Assembly (NCBI GenBank): GCA_021159105.1
Contig: JAGGSM010000064.1
Location: 1 to 49,800 of the forward strand
Source of the DNA: Candidatus Bipolaricaulota bacterium
GTDB taxonomy: Bacteria > Bipolaricaulota > Bipolaricaulia > UBA7950 > UBA9294
Direction of reading: 5' to 3'
Length of the DNA stretch: 49,800 bases
The notes under the pieces were generated by a model. That model had not been told where the DNA came from. It was given only the letters and a program-made list of their open reading frames with translations, and did no database searches. Numbering within the stretch: the first letter of the stretch is position 1; each line of letters begins with the position of its first letter. Of the stretch, positions 11,547-20,930 are shown piece by piece. The position numbers were made by a program, and so were the translations under genes.

Positions 11547-13955
11547 GTGAGTATGGAACGGATTGAACGTGCCTTCATCGAAGACGAGATGGAGCAGTCG
11601 TACATCAATTACGCGATGAGCGTAATTCGTGGGCGGGCTATCCCCGATGTGCGCGATGGATTGAAGCCGGTGCAGCGGCGTATCCTGTACGGGATGCGCG
11701 AGCTGGGCGTCACCAGTAACAAGGCGCACAAGAAGGCGGCGCGCATCGTCGGTGAGGTGATGGGTAAATTTCACCCGCACGGCGATTCCGCTATCTACGA
11801 CACCATGGTCAACATGGCGCAGCCGTTCTCTTACCGCTATCCCCTCGTCGATGGGCAGGGAAACTTCGGCTCGATCGACGGGGATACCGCTGCGGCGATG
11901 CGTTATACCGAGGCCCGTCTATCTCCGATAGCTTCTGAATTCTTAGAAGAACTTGGAGAAGACACTGTCGATTGGATGCCGAACTTCGACGATTCCCTGC
12001 AGGAACCGATTGTCCTGCCGGCGAAGGTCCCCAACCTGTTGATGAACGGGGCGTGGGGAATCTCCGTGGGGATGACTACCCAGATCCCGCCACATAACCT
12101 CGGGGAGCTGATCGATGGCATTCTCCTGCTGATGGATAACCCGCTGGCGTCGGTCAAGGATCTGATGCAGCATATCCTCGGCCCGGACTTCCCCACCGGC
12201 GGTATCATCATGGGGCGAGGGGGGATCGAGGACATGTACCGCACCGGGCAGGGGAAGGTGACCCTGCGCGGCAAGGCGGAGATCGACGACGATCGGATCA
12301 TCATCAGCGAGATCCCTTACCAGATAAAGAAGTCGACGATCGTGGAATCTATTGCCAACAAGGTGCACAACGGCCAGATCGACGGAATCTCCGATCTGCG
12401 CGATGAGTCGGATCGTGAGGGAATGCGTATCGTCGTCGAGCTGAAGCGGTCGGCCAACCCGAACGTGGTGCTCAACCAGATCTTCAAGTTTACCCCACTG
12501 GAGAAGACGTTTGCTGCCGTCTTTCTGGTGATCATCGATGGGAACCCGCGCACGCTGTCGCTGAAGGAGATCCTGAACTCGTTCATCGACTTTCGCCGCG
12601 AGGTTGTGCGCCGCCGCACAGAGCATCGGCTCAATGTGGCACGCAAGCGAGCCCACATTCTGGAGGGCTACCGGATAGCACTTGCAAACATCGATCGTGT
12701 TGTCAAGATCATCCGCGGGGCGGCAGACACTCCCGCCGCTGCAGAGCAACTGAAGAGTGAGCTTGCTCTGAGCGATGAACAGACCGACGCCATCCTGAAG
12801 ATGCGCTTGTCGCAATTGACGACCCTCGAGGGGAACAAGATCGACGCTGAGTACGAGGAGAAGCTACTGGCCATAGCGGAGTACGAGAAGATACTCGGAA
12901 GCGATCTCCTCCTGGACGAAACGATCAAGAGGGAGCTGCGCGAGATCAGCCAGAAGTACATGAGCGAGAGGCGCACTCTGATCACGGATGAGGATGGGAA
13001 CGTCGATTTCAACAGCCTTATCCCCGATTACGACCTGATGGTATCGATCACCCAGCGCGGATACGTCAACGCACCGCGGGCGATTGAGTTTCACAGTCAG
13101 GGGCGAGGGGGAAAGGGAGTGATCGGGCAGCGCACGAAGGAAGACGACTACGTCCGTATCACCAGCCTGGTAAACGCGCGCGATGAGCTTCTCATCTTCT
13201 CCAATAGGAGGCAGGTCTACCGCACGCAGGGGCATCGCCTCCCGTCGCTCAAGCGGGATGCGGTTGGCAAGAACCTGCGCACGGTCGTCCCCCTGGAGCA
13301 GGATGAGGTGGTGCGTACGATCCTCCCCGTCTCGGACTTCATCGCGGCCGAGGATCGCTTCTGTCTCATGGCGACGGAGAATGGGATCGTCAACCGTAAT
13401 CGGTTGAAGGACTACAAGAACGTACACGCCAGCGGGATCATCGCCATCAACGCTGATGATGACGATCACCTGGTCGACGTCCACCTGACGTACGGTGACG
13501 GTGAGCTGCTCCTCGCCACCATGCACGGGAAGGCGATCCGCTTCCGCGAATCGGATGTCCGCTTGACCAAGCGCCCATCGCGCGGTGTGATCGGGATCCG
13601 CCTGGAAGAGGGGGACCGGGTGATCGGGATTGCTGCGATCGACCGGGATATCACGATGGAGAAGAAGCTGCTCATGGTCACCGAGCGGGGCTACGGAAAG
13701 CGCGTCTCCCTCGTCGACTTTCCGCTGCAGGGGCGGGGTGGAAAGGGAGTGTTGGGCATCAAGATCGACCGCGATTCCGGCCCGCTGGTGTCGATCGGCA
13801 TCGTCTCCGATCAGGACGAGATCATCATCAACACGGAACAGAAGGTGATCCGCATCCTCGCTGGCGACATCAACACCTACGGCCGCTACGCCCGCGGGGT
13901 GAAGTTGATCGACCTGGAGGACGATGACCGCATCGTCTCCGTGGTGCGAACCTAG
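11547..13955 (+). CDS. gyrA: DNA gyrase subunit A
   Basis: 802 aa with [23 protein letters not shown] (catalytic Tyr region) and C-terminal beta-pinwheel repeats. Confidence 0.95.
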   Translation: MSMERIERAFIEDEMEQSYINYAMSVIRGRAIPDVRDGLKPVQRRILYGMRELGVTSNKAHKKAARIVGEVMGKFHPHGDSAIYDTMVNMAQPFSYRYPLVDGQGNFGSIDGDTAAAMRYTEARLSPIASEFLEELGEDTVDWMPNFDDSLQEPIVLPAKVPNLLMNGAWGISVGMTTQIPPHNLGELIDGILLLMDNPLASVKDLMQHILGPDFPTGGIIMGRGGIEDMYRTGQGKVTLRGKAEIDDDRIIISEIPYQIKKSTIVESIANKVHNGQIDGISDLRDESDREGMRIVVELKRSANPNVVLNQIFKFTPLEKTFAAVFLVIIDGNPRTLSLKEILNSFIDFRREVVRRRTEHRLNVARKRAHILEGYRIALANIDRVVKIIRGAADTPAAAEQLKSELALSDEQTDAILKMRLSQLTTLEGNKIDAEYEEKLLAIAEYEKILGSDLLLDETIKRELREISQKYMSERRTLITDEDGNVDFNSLIPDYDLMVSITQRGYVNAPRAIEFHSQGRGGKGVIGQRTKEDDYVRITSLVNARDELLIFSNRRQVYRTQGHRLPSLKRDAVGKNLRTVVPLEQDEVVRTILPVSDFIAAEDRFCLMATENGIVNRNRLKDYKNVHASGIIAINADDDDHLVDVHLTYGDGELLLATMHGKAIRFRESDVRLTKRPSRGVIGIRLEEGDRVIGIAAIDRDITMEKKLLMVTERGYGKRVSLVDFPLQGRGGKGVLGIKIDRDSGPLVSIGIVSDQDEIIINTEQKVIRILAGDINTYGRYARGVKLIDLEDDDRIVSVVRT

Positions 13956-13964
13956 GAGAGAAGA

Positions 13965-15176
13965 ATGAGCGATAGATTCGAGCAATTGGTAGAGGGCCTG
14001 AAGGAGCGGCCGAGCGTCGATCGGTTGATCCCAGAATCGGAGCTGGTGGAGAAGCTCAGGAGATCGGAGGAGACGGGGAACCCGCTGCGGATCAAACTGG
14101 GGATCGATCCCTCCGCCCCCCACCTCACCCTCGGCCACTCCATCCCGCTGAAGAAGATGCGCCAGTTTCAGGACCTCGGTCACACCGGAGTCCTCGTTGT
14201 CGGAGACTTCACAAGGCGCATCGGCGACCCCTCCGGTCGCTCATCGACGCGTGCGCTGATGACGCAGGAGGACATCGAGAAGAATATGTCGACCTACGTT
14301 GAGCAGGCATTCAAGATCCTCGACCCGGAGAGAACGGAGATCCGCTACAACTCCGAGTGGCTGGGCAAGCTCACATTTGCCGACGTCATCTCCCTCACCG
14401 CGAAGTACACGGTCGCGCGCATGCTCGAGCGGGACGACTTCGCCAAGCGCTTCGCGGGCAATCTGCCGATCAGCGTCCTTGAATTCCTGTATCCGCTGGC
14501 GCAGGCATACGACTCCGTGGCCATCCAGGCGGATGTCGAACTGGGGGGCGCAGATCAGCTGTTCAACCTCCTCGTCGGGCGTGATATCCAGCGTGAGTAT
14601 GGGCAGGAGCCACAGGCGATCATGACCGTACCGCTTCTCATCGGCACTGACGGCGTACGCAGCATGAGCCAGACGGTGGGAAACTACGTGGGGATAGGCG
14701 AATCACCGAGCGAGATGTACGGCAAGATCCTCTCCATCCCCGATGATCTGCTGCACGAGTACTTCTTCCAGCTGACGGATCTCGACATGAGCGAGGCCGA
14801 TGCCCTCATCGCCAGCTCCCCGCGCGATGCCAAGCGTAGATTGGCTCTGGAGATCGTGGCTCACTACCACGACGAGAAACTGGCCCTCGCCGCGCAGGAG
14901 GAGTTCGATCGCATCCACATCCAACACGCACGTCCAAGCGACGTTCCACAGGTTAAGATCGACCGTGAGCTCCTGAAGGATGGGAACGTGATCTGGGTGA
15001 TCTCCCTGCTGCAGGGGTCGGGACTGGTGAAGAGCCGCAGTGAGGCCAAGCGCCTCATCACGCAGGGGGGCGTGAGGGTGAACGAAGAACGTATCACCTC
15101 ACCGGACCTCGAACTCCCGTTCGAACCCCCGATGCTGATCCAGGTCGGCAAGCGATCCTTTGCAGAAGCGATATAG
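13965..15176 (+). CDS. tyrS: tyrosine--tRNA ligase
   Basis: 403 aa with HLTLGH (HIGH), a KMSKS-like SMSQT, and a C-terminal S4 domain (SRSEAKRLITQGGVRVN). Confidence 0.9.
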   Translation: MSDRFEQLVEGLKERPSVDRLIPESELVEKLRRSEETGNPLRIKLGIDPSAPHLTLGHSIPLKKMRQFQDLGHTGVLVVGDFTRRIGDPSGRSSTRALMTQEDIEKNMSTYVEQAFKILDPERTEIRYNSEWLGKLTFADVISLTAKYTVARMLERDDFAKRFAGNLPISVLEFLYPLAQAYDSVAIQADVELGGADQLFNLLVGRDIQREYGQEPQAIMTVPLLIGTDGVRSMSQTVGNYVGIGESPSEMYGKILSIPDDLLHEYFFQLTDLDMSEADALIASSPRDAKRRLALEIVAHYHDEKLALAAQEEFDRIHIQHARPSDVPQVKIDRELLKDGNVIWVISLLQGSGLVKSRSEAKRLITQGGVRVNEERITSPDLELPFEPPMLIQVGKRSFAEAI

Positions 15177-15261
15177 CTTGGCGGACGCTGGGAACATCGG
15201 GGCGTGAGTAGCTCGATTAAGCCGGATAGCCACAGAAGAGCATTACGCAGGGAGGGATAGG

Positions 15262-15771
15262 ATGGCTGAAAGAGCCCTGGAATTCATCGCAAAGCGCAGA
15301 TCGATCCGCAAGTTCACCGGAGAGGCAATCCCGCGTGACGCGCTCGTAACGATCCTCAAGGCAGCGATGGCCGCGCCGTCGGCGAACAACGCCCGTCCAT
15401 GGGAGTTCCTCGTTGTCACTGACAGGGCGAAGATTTCCGCTATCTGCCGCGCCCACCCCTACGCGGGCTTTGGCGTTGACGCCGGTGCGGTGATCATCCC
15501 CTTTGGCAAGAAAGAAGGATACAAGTGGTTCGATCAGGACATGGCGGCCGCGACCGAGAATCTGCTGCTCGCCGCTGCTCAGCTCGGCCTCGGTGCGACG
15601 TGGTGCGGGCTGCACGGGGAACTGGAGGAGAGGGTCCATTCCGTGGCTGGCCTGCCTGATGACGTCTTCGGGTTTGCCCTCATCCCTATCGGCATCCCTG
15701 CCGAAGAGAAACCTCCTCGAACACAGTACGACGAGAAACGGATCCACTGGGAGGACTGTCGCTCTCAGTGA
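15262..15771 (+). CDS. nitroreductase family protein
   Basis: 169 aa with RRSIRKF...APSANNARPWEF, the signature of the NADH/flavin nitroreductase fold. Confidence 0.85.
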   Translation: MAERALEFIAKRRSIRKFTGEAIPRDALVTILKAAMAAPSANNARPWEFLVVTDRAKISAICRAHPYAGFGVDAGAVIIPFGKKEGYKWFDQDMAAATENLLLAAAQLGLGATWCGLHGELEERVHSVAGLPDDVFGFALIPIGIPAEEKPPRTQYDEKRIHWEDCRSQ

Positions 15772-15946
15772 GCTTTCACAGCCCGTCCATGGCGATGATG
15801 AGCCGGCGTGCAGGAGAGGACACTTCGATTTCGCCGGTGGCAGGATGGGTACACTCGCATGCACACTCATCTGCTCGCTATCGGGGCCATCCTTGGACCT
15901 CGGAAACTGTAGGTTGATGAACTACCCCGCCGCAAGCGCGCGGTGG

Positions 15947-16010
15947 ATCAAGAAGCTTTGTGAGAAGGACGCCTCAATGGGCGGGGAATGAATCCCTGCA
16001 GAGGATTCAC
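15947..16010 (-). repeat. about 64-nt intergenic repeat element, copy A (at the 3' end of cysE)
   Basis: About 88% identical by eye to the reverse complement of 19768-19831. On the minus strand it reads GUGAAUCC-UCUGCAG-GGAUUCA hairpin, UUCCCCGCCC, then AAGCUUCUUGAU. Confidence 0.6.
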
Positions 16011-16015
16011 TCCTC

Positions 16016-16570
16016 CTAGCGCGCCGGTATTGCCGCAAGATCACGGATTGGAACGCGCTCCCCTTGCCCGGGCCTTGCCACCACGCCTACGATCGCGCCT
16101 GGTGGAACGTCCTCGCGCAAGATGGCACCGGCACCGATCTTGGCTCTCTGTCCAATGTGTATCGGTCCCAGGAGGACTGCATTCGCGCCGATCAGGACGT
16201 TGCGCCCGATCGTCGGATGACGAATGCTGTGACGGTGCGATGTCGAGCCGATCACTACCCCGGAATAGATCAACACGTCATCCTCGATCCTCGCCGTCTC
16301 CCCAATCACCACCCCCATCCCGTGATCGATCACGACCCGCCGACCGATAACAGCTCCCGGATGGATCTCCACCCCAGTACGCCGCCGCGCTGCGTGTGAC
16401 AGCATGCGTGCTAGGAGCTTGGCGTGATGCGTCCAAAGGAAGTGGCTGATACGATGAACCCACAGGGCGTGCATCCCGGGATAGCACAACAGAACCTCAA
16501 CGGAGTTGCGTGCCGCTGGATCGCGTGCTAGGATGGCTGCGATGTCCTCATGAAGTTTAGTAAACATCAT
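16016..16570 (-). CDS. cysE: serine O-acetyltransferase
   Basis: Hexapeptide-repeat acyltransferase ([40 protein letters not shown]...). Start trimmed to the ATG-ATG pair at 16565-16570 behind GGGAGGTG, overlapping the cysK stop. Confidence 0.85.
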   Translation of the reverse strand: MMFTKLHEDIAAILARDPAARNSVEVLLCYPGMHALWVHRISHFLWTHHAKLLARMLSHAARRRTGVEIHPGAVIGRRVVIDHGMGVVIGETARIEDDVLIYSGVVIGSTSHRHSIRHPTIGRNVLIGANAVLLGPIHIGQRAKIGAGAILREDVPPGAIVGVVARPGQGERVPIRDLAAIPAR

Positions 16571-17492
16571 CCACCTCCCACAGATCTGATGAGAGGTAAC
16601 GCTCGCCCGTGTCCGGCAGGATGACGACGATCGTTGCCGCATCGTTCTTCGCACGAGCGGCGAGGTCAAGAGCAGCCCACATGGCCGCTCCTGATGAGAT
16701 GCCGGCGAAGATCCCCTCATGCTTCGCCAATCTGCGCGAGGTCGTGCGCGCGTCCTCGTCTCTCACCGTGATCACCTCGTCCAAGAGATCGCAGTCGAGT
16801 ACCTTTGGCACGAAACCCGCTCCGATCCCTTGAATCCCGTGCTTGCCGGCCACACCGGAGGTGATGACGGGTGATCCCGCTGGTTCGACGCCGATGATCT
16901 TGATCTCCGCGTTGTGCGACTTGAGGAACCGACCAACGCCTGTGATCGTTCCGCCGGTTCCGATCCCAGCGACGAAGATGTCGACCTTGCCGTCAGTGTC
17001 TTCCCAGATCTCGCGGGCGGTGGTGCGTTCGTGCGCGTCCGGATTTGCTGGGTTATCGAACTGCCGTGGCATGAACGCACCTGGCGTATCAGCGACGAGC
17101 CGCTCGGCCTCGGCGATCGCCCCCTTCATGCCAGAATCGCTGGGTGTCAGGACGAGCTCGGCACCGAGAGCTTTGAGTATCCTCCGCCGCTCGCGGCTCA
17201 TCGTCTCGGGCATGGTAAGGATGAGGCGATACCCTCGCACCGCGCAGACGAGCGCCAGACCGATTCCGGTGTTTCCCGATGTCGCTTCTACGATTGTGCT
17301 GCCCAGACCGGCGACTCCGCGCTCTTCAGCGTCTTCTATCATCGCCAAGGCAGGACGGTCCTTGACGCTCCCCATCGGATTGAACGATTCGAGCTTCGCC
17401 AGCACGCGGGCTGTGGAATCGCCGACGAGCTTGTTTATCCGCACCATCGGTGTCTTGCCAATCAAATCTAATACCGTATATGAAATAAACAT
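16557..17492 (-). CDS. cysK: cysteine synthase A (O-acetylserine sulfhydrylase)
   Basis: 311 aa from ATG 17490-17492 (AAGGAG RBS). PLP-enzyme motifs are [14 protein letters not shown] and GTGGTITG. Confidence 0.92.
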   Translation of the reverse strand: MFISYTVLDLIGKTPMVRINKLVGDSTARVLAKLESFNPMGSVKDRPALAMIEDAEERGVAGLGSTIVEATSGNTGIGLALVCAVRGYRLILTMPETMSRERRRILKALGAELVLTPSDSGMKGAIAEAERLVADTPGAFMPRQFDNPANPDAHERTTAREIWEDTDGKVDIFVAGIGTGGTITGVGRFLKSHNAEIKIIGVEPAGSPVITSGVAGKHGIQGIGAGFVPKVLDCDLLDEVITVRDEDARTTSRRLAKHEGIFAGISSGAAMWAALDLAARAKNDAATIVVILPDTGERYLSSDLWEVDDVY

Positions 17493-17590
17493 CTTAACTC
17501 CTTGCAAGAGAGAAGAGAGTGGACCACTGCCAACGCAGAGCGCCGGCACGGTTGATGTTGAAAATCAGGTTTAGTGGGATACGTGTTGTG

Positions 17591-17674
17591 TTAACACGCA
17601 CAAAGCGAATCGGAAGTGAATGGACAACAAACGCGATCACCTGCTGCTATAACGAGTCGATGCACTGTTGTCAT
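17591..17674 (-). CDS. candidate Cys-rich leader peptide (27 aa) upstream of cysK-cysE
   Basis: GGAGGTG at 17681-17687, 6-nt spacer, then ATG. Encodes MTTVHRLVIAAGDRVCCPFTSDSLCAC* with four TGT Cys codons including a CC pair. The stop lies 98 nt upstream of the cysK ATG. Too short for the ORF track. Confidence 0.35.
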   Translation of the reverse strand: MTTVHRLVIAAGDRVCCPFTSDSLCAC

Positions 17675-17927
17675 GACATTCACCTCCTGGTATTTTCTGG
17701 CTTCACTCTACCACAGGAAAGCAGATGTGTCAAGCCGACGGATTGCATCACCGTGAATAGCAAGAAACGCTCTCTGTTCTCATGCCCTGTGTAGAGCTCT
17801 CCTTGAGGTGTCAGTTTAGTCCAGCACTAGTCTTCATCACACACGAACGCAAGGATCAGAGGAGCACGGCTTGGCGAACGAGGCGACCATCGGCTACCAT
17901 CTTTTCCTAGACTGGCTTGCAGGAGGG

Positions 17928-18863
17928 ATGATCTTGCGACACTTTCTCATCGATACCGACACTGCCTCCGACGATGCCGTTGCCCTCGTTATGGCCCTCA
18001 ACTACCCGGATGTTCAGGTGGAGGCGATCACAGTGGTGGCGGGGAACGTCCCGCTGAAGCTGGGAGTGCAGAACGCGCTGTACACAGTAGAGCAGTGTCA
18101 ATCGGGCGTCCCCGTCTATGCGGGGCTGGCCAAGCCGCTGTTGCGACCGCTGCAAACGGCGCAGTTCATCCACGGTCAGGACGGGATGGGAGAGATCGGC
18201 CTGCCTCTACACGGGCGCGTTCCTGCCCCCGGGCACGGTGTCGACATGATAATCGATACGATTCATCGCTTCGCCGGCGACATCACCCTTGTCACGCTCG
18301 GTCCGCTGACGAACATCGCTGTCGCCCTGCATCGCGATCCGCAGATTGCCAAGCTAGTCAAGCGTTGCGTGGTCATGGGCGGGATCGGTCTCGGGCATGG
18401 GAACATCGTTCCTGCGGCGGAGTACAACATCTGGGTCGATCCGGAAGCGGCGAAGATCGTCTTCGAATCGGGCCTTCCGATAACCATGGTCGGCTGGGAC
18501 GTCTCGCAGAAGTACGCCACGTTCGACGATGAGCAGGCGGAGGAACTGCGGAGCCTCTCCTCCCTCGGTGAGTTCTGCGTGAGCATCCAAGCCTACCTGC
18601 GCAGATTCGGGGTGGAGAAGCTCGGACTGCCCGGGTTCGATCTTCCCGATCCGATCGCGATGGCTGTTGCTCTCGACCGGAGCGTGGCAGTCGTGACGAA
18701 GCGCCTGCACGTGGCGATCGAAGCGCACAGCGAACTGACGCGTGGGGCGACCGTGGTCGACCACATGGGAATCACGGGTAACGAGCCGAACGCCGATGTC
18801 GTCCTGCAAGCATCGCGCCAGCGCTTCCTTGAGATCCTGTATGCGGCGGTGAGAAGCGCTTGA
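17928..18863 (+). CDS. nucleoside hydrolase (IUNH family)
   Basis: DTDTASDDAVAL N-terminal Asp cluster typical of inosine/uridine-preferring nucleoside hydrolases. Start trimmed to ATG 17928 (or TTG 17934) next to GGAGGG. Confidence 0.85.
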   Translation: MILRHFLIDTDTASDDAVALVMALNYPDVQVEAITVVAGNVPLKLGVQNALYTVEQCQSGVPVYAGLAKPLLRPLQTAQFIHGQDGMGEIGLPLHGRVPAPGHGVDMIIDTIHRFAGDITLVTLGPLTNIAVALHRDPQIAKLVKRCVVMGGIGLGHGNIVPAAEYNIWVDPEAAKIVFESGLPITMVGWDVSQKYATFDDEQAEELRSLSSLGEFCVSIQAYLRRFGVEKLGLPGFDLPDPIAMAVALDRSVAVVTKRLHVAIEAHSELTRGATVVDHMGITGNEPNADVVLQASRQRFLEILYAAVRSA

Positions 18864-19771
18864 TCTGTGTTGTCGGCAGCATCAACACCGACCTCGTTAT
18901 CGAGGTTGAAAGAATTCCTTTCCCTGGAGAGACGATCGCGGGTAAGAGCATCGCCCGCTATCCAGGAGGGAAAGGGGCGAACCAGGCGGTTGCCGCGGCC
19001 CGCCTTGGGGCGCAGGTCGTCATGTTCGGTAAAGTCGGAAGCGACCAGTTTGGGGACGACTTGCGTGTTTGGCTGCAAGAGACTGGCCTTGACGTAGGCA
19101 ACATCGAGCGAGCGGAGGGACCGTCCGGCCTTGCTGTAATCAGCGTCGCAGAGAGCGGGGAGAACGCGATCACGATAGTTCCGGGGGCAAATGCGCTGGT
19201 CGATCGGCGCTACATCGACAAGCACCTGGCTCTGCTGGCAAGCTGCGACATCCTCCTGCTGCAACTGGAGATACCGCCAGAAACGATCGACTTCCTCCTT
19301 AGCGAGCTACCATCTAGACGGCCGCGTGTCATCCTCGACCCATCGCCGGTCCAGGACATCTCGCATCTACTACTGGAGAGGATAGATCTCCTCACCCCAA
19401 ACGAGCACGAATTGCGCCTTCTCAGCGGTAGCTCCAACATCGAGGCTGGATCGCGCTTACTCATCTCCCGTGGGGTAAAGAACGTGATCTGCACCGCTGG
19501 TGCGGATGGGGCTTATCTCACTACCCCGGATGCGTGTACACACTTCCTCCCGTTGAACGTGAATCCACTCGACACCACTGCTGCTGGCGATGCGTTCAAC
19601 GGCGCGTTGGCTTGGGCGTGGCAAACGCGTCTTCTGAGCGAAGCCATCCCCTACGCGTGCGCTGCCGGAGCGCTCGCTACAACCAAGAGAGGGGCCCAAC
19701 CCTCGCTTCCGCCCCTCGACGAGATCGAGACAATCATGAAGGAACGAGTGCAGCGAGAATCTACAAACTGA
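18860..19771 (+). CDS. rbsK: ribokinase
   Basis: 303 aa PfkB-family kinase with GSINTDL, GGKGANQAVAAARLG and C-terminal DTTAAGDAFNGAL motifs. TTG start overlaps the upstream stop. Confidence 0.85.
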   Translation: MICVVGSINTDLVIEVERIPFPGETIAGKSIARYPGGKGANQAVAAARLGAQVVMFGKVGSDQFGDDLRVWLQETGLDVGNIERAEGPSGLAVISVAESGENAITIVPGANALVDRRYIDKHLALLASCDILLLQLEIPPETIDFLLSELPSRRPRVILDPSPVQDISHLLLERIDLLTPNEHELRLLSGSSNIEAGSRLLISRGVKNVICTAGADGAYLTTPDACTHFLPLNVNPLDTTAAGDAFNGALAWAWQTRLLSEAIPYACAAGALATTKRGAQPSLPPLDEIETIMKERVQRESTN

Positions 19772-19831
19772 ATCCCCTACAGGGATTCATTCCCCGCCCC
19801 TTGTGGCGTGCTTCTTACAAAGCTTCTTGAT
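19768..19831 (+). repeat. about 64-nt intergenic repeat element, copy B (at the 3' end of rbsK)
   Basis: Starts at the rbsK stop codon. Reads UGAAUCC-CCUACAG-GGAUUCA hairpin, UUCCCCGCCCC, then AAGCUUCUUGAU. It has the same orientation relative to the upstream gene as copy A. Confidence 0.6.
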
Positions 19832-19925
19832 AGATTCTCCGCTTCCGGAGGGATGCTTCATTCATTGACAAGCACCGCATGAAACTGCTGATACCTGTGA
19901 GGGTAAGTAGCATGAGGTGATTGCA

Positions 19926-20741
19926 ATGAAGGGTACATTTGTGTTTGGCGTGGTTCTTCTCCTGGTTCCCTTGTTCGGCGTTCTAGGGATTGCGCAGGTG
20001 AGCAGCAGTGCATCCGCTTCGGCTTCATCGGATGGGCCGATGGAGGTGACGATTGGGACGTTCAACTTCACGGGTGGCGACTCGTTGGCTCTGGAGATCG
20101 TCAGGGACGAACCGTGCGCGTGCATGTGCGATCCGATCTCTGTCACCGGTTTCCACCTGCAAAACGCTGATGGTCCTGTTCCCGTGAAGCTACTGAACGA
20201 TCTCATGCTTCCACTTCCAATTGAAGAGTGGGTGAGGATGTTCAGCCTTGTTTCGCCCGATGGGAGCCCCCTTCCCGCTGGGCAGTACACGGCTGTAGTT
20301 GAGACGAGCGCAGGGGTGTTCAAGGCGCGGATCAGCGTCGCTGAACCTGGCATGAGCGCTTCCTCTTGGGGGCGAGTGTCATCTTCTGCGTCCATTTGCG
20401 GGGTGGAGATCCGCTTGTATCACTTACTGACTAAAGATACGGCAGCGAGCATCAACCTGCACGTTGGGGACCGACTCATGATCGCCCTTGTTGGAAATGC
20501 GACCACGGGCTACGCGTGGCAGCAGGTGGCTAGCGAAGATGAGGCTATGCTATTGTCGCTTCCAGGAATCGACTATCTGCCCGATCCTGCTCCGGCTGGA
20601 ATGGTCGGCAGTGGCGGCACATTCTTCTTCCGGTTCAGCGCTGAGAGAGCAGGAGCGATGGATCTCGCCTTCACCTACCGTCGTCCGTGGGAAGAGGGTC
20701 CTGGAGCAGACACCATCACGTTCCACGTGGTTGTAGACTAG
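19926..20741 (+). CDS. secreted protein with C-terminal chagasin-like (I42) cysteine-peptidase inhibitor domain
   Basis: Signal peptide. The C-terminal domain carries GNATTGYAW (NPTTGY-type motif), GSGGTFFFRF and YRRPW, matching the three chagasin/ICP loops. Start at ATG 19926 behind GAGGTG. Confidence 0.72.
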   Translation: MKGTFVFGVVLLLVPLFGVLGIAQVSSSASASASSDGPMEVTIGTFNFTGGDSLALEIVRDEPCACMCDPISVTGFHLQNADGPVPVKLLNDLMLPLPIEEWVRMFSLVSPDGSPLPAGQYTAVVETSAGVFKARISVAEPGMSASSWGRVSSSASICGVEIRLYHLLTKDTAASINLHVGDRLMIALVGNATTGYAWQQVASEDEAMLLSLPGIDYLPDPAPAGMVGSGGTFFFRFSAERAGAMDLAFTYRRPWEEGPGADTITFHVVVD

Positions 20742-20823
20742 AAAAAGGGGACAGGCTACTTTTCCACGAAGAGTAGAGCACTGCGAAGTATGCTATGCGC
20801 AAAAAGTAGCCTGTCCCCTTTTT
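20742..20823. terminator. perfect 22-bp inverted repeat with 38-nt spacer (bidirectional-terminator-like)
   Basis: AAAAAGGGGACAGGCTACTTTT (20742-20763) is exactly complementary to AAAAGTAGCCTGTCCCCTTTTT (20802-20823). An A-run precedes it and a T-run follows. Confidence 0.6.
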
Positions 20824-20930
20824 TGGCTTGCCTTCGGCTCGCTCCTGTTCTATAGTGGTGGTTGAAGAATCAAAATGGGAGAATTTTCATCGGGCACGCT
20901 GAGACCACTGCCCGCACAAGGAGGAGCTGA

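Noticed and set aside
12864-14183. 439-aa minus-strand ORF, plus 11943-12815 (290 aa)
   Set aside because: Antisense to gyrA and tyrS, which have clear family motifs. These are shadow ORFs.
15217-15870. 217-aa minus-strand ORF
   Set aside because: It fully overlaps the nitroreductase gene on the opposite strand and has no recognisable motifs.
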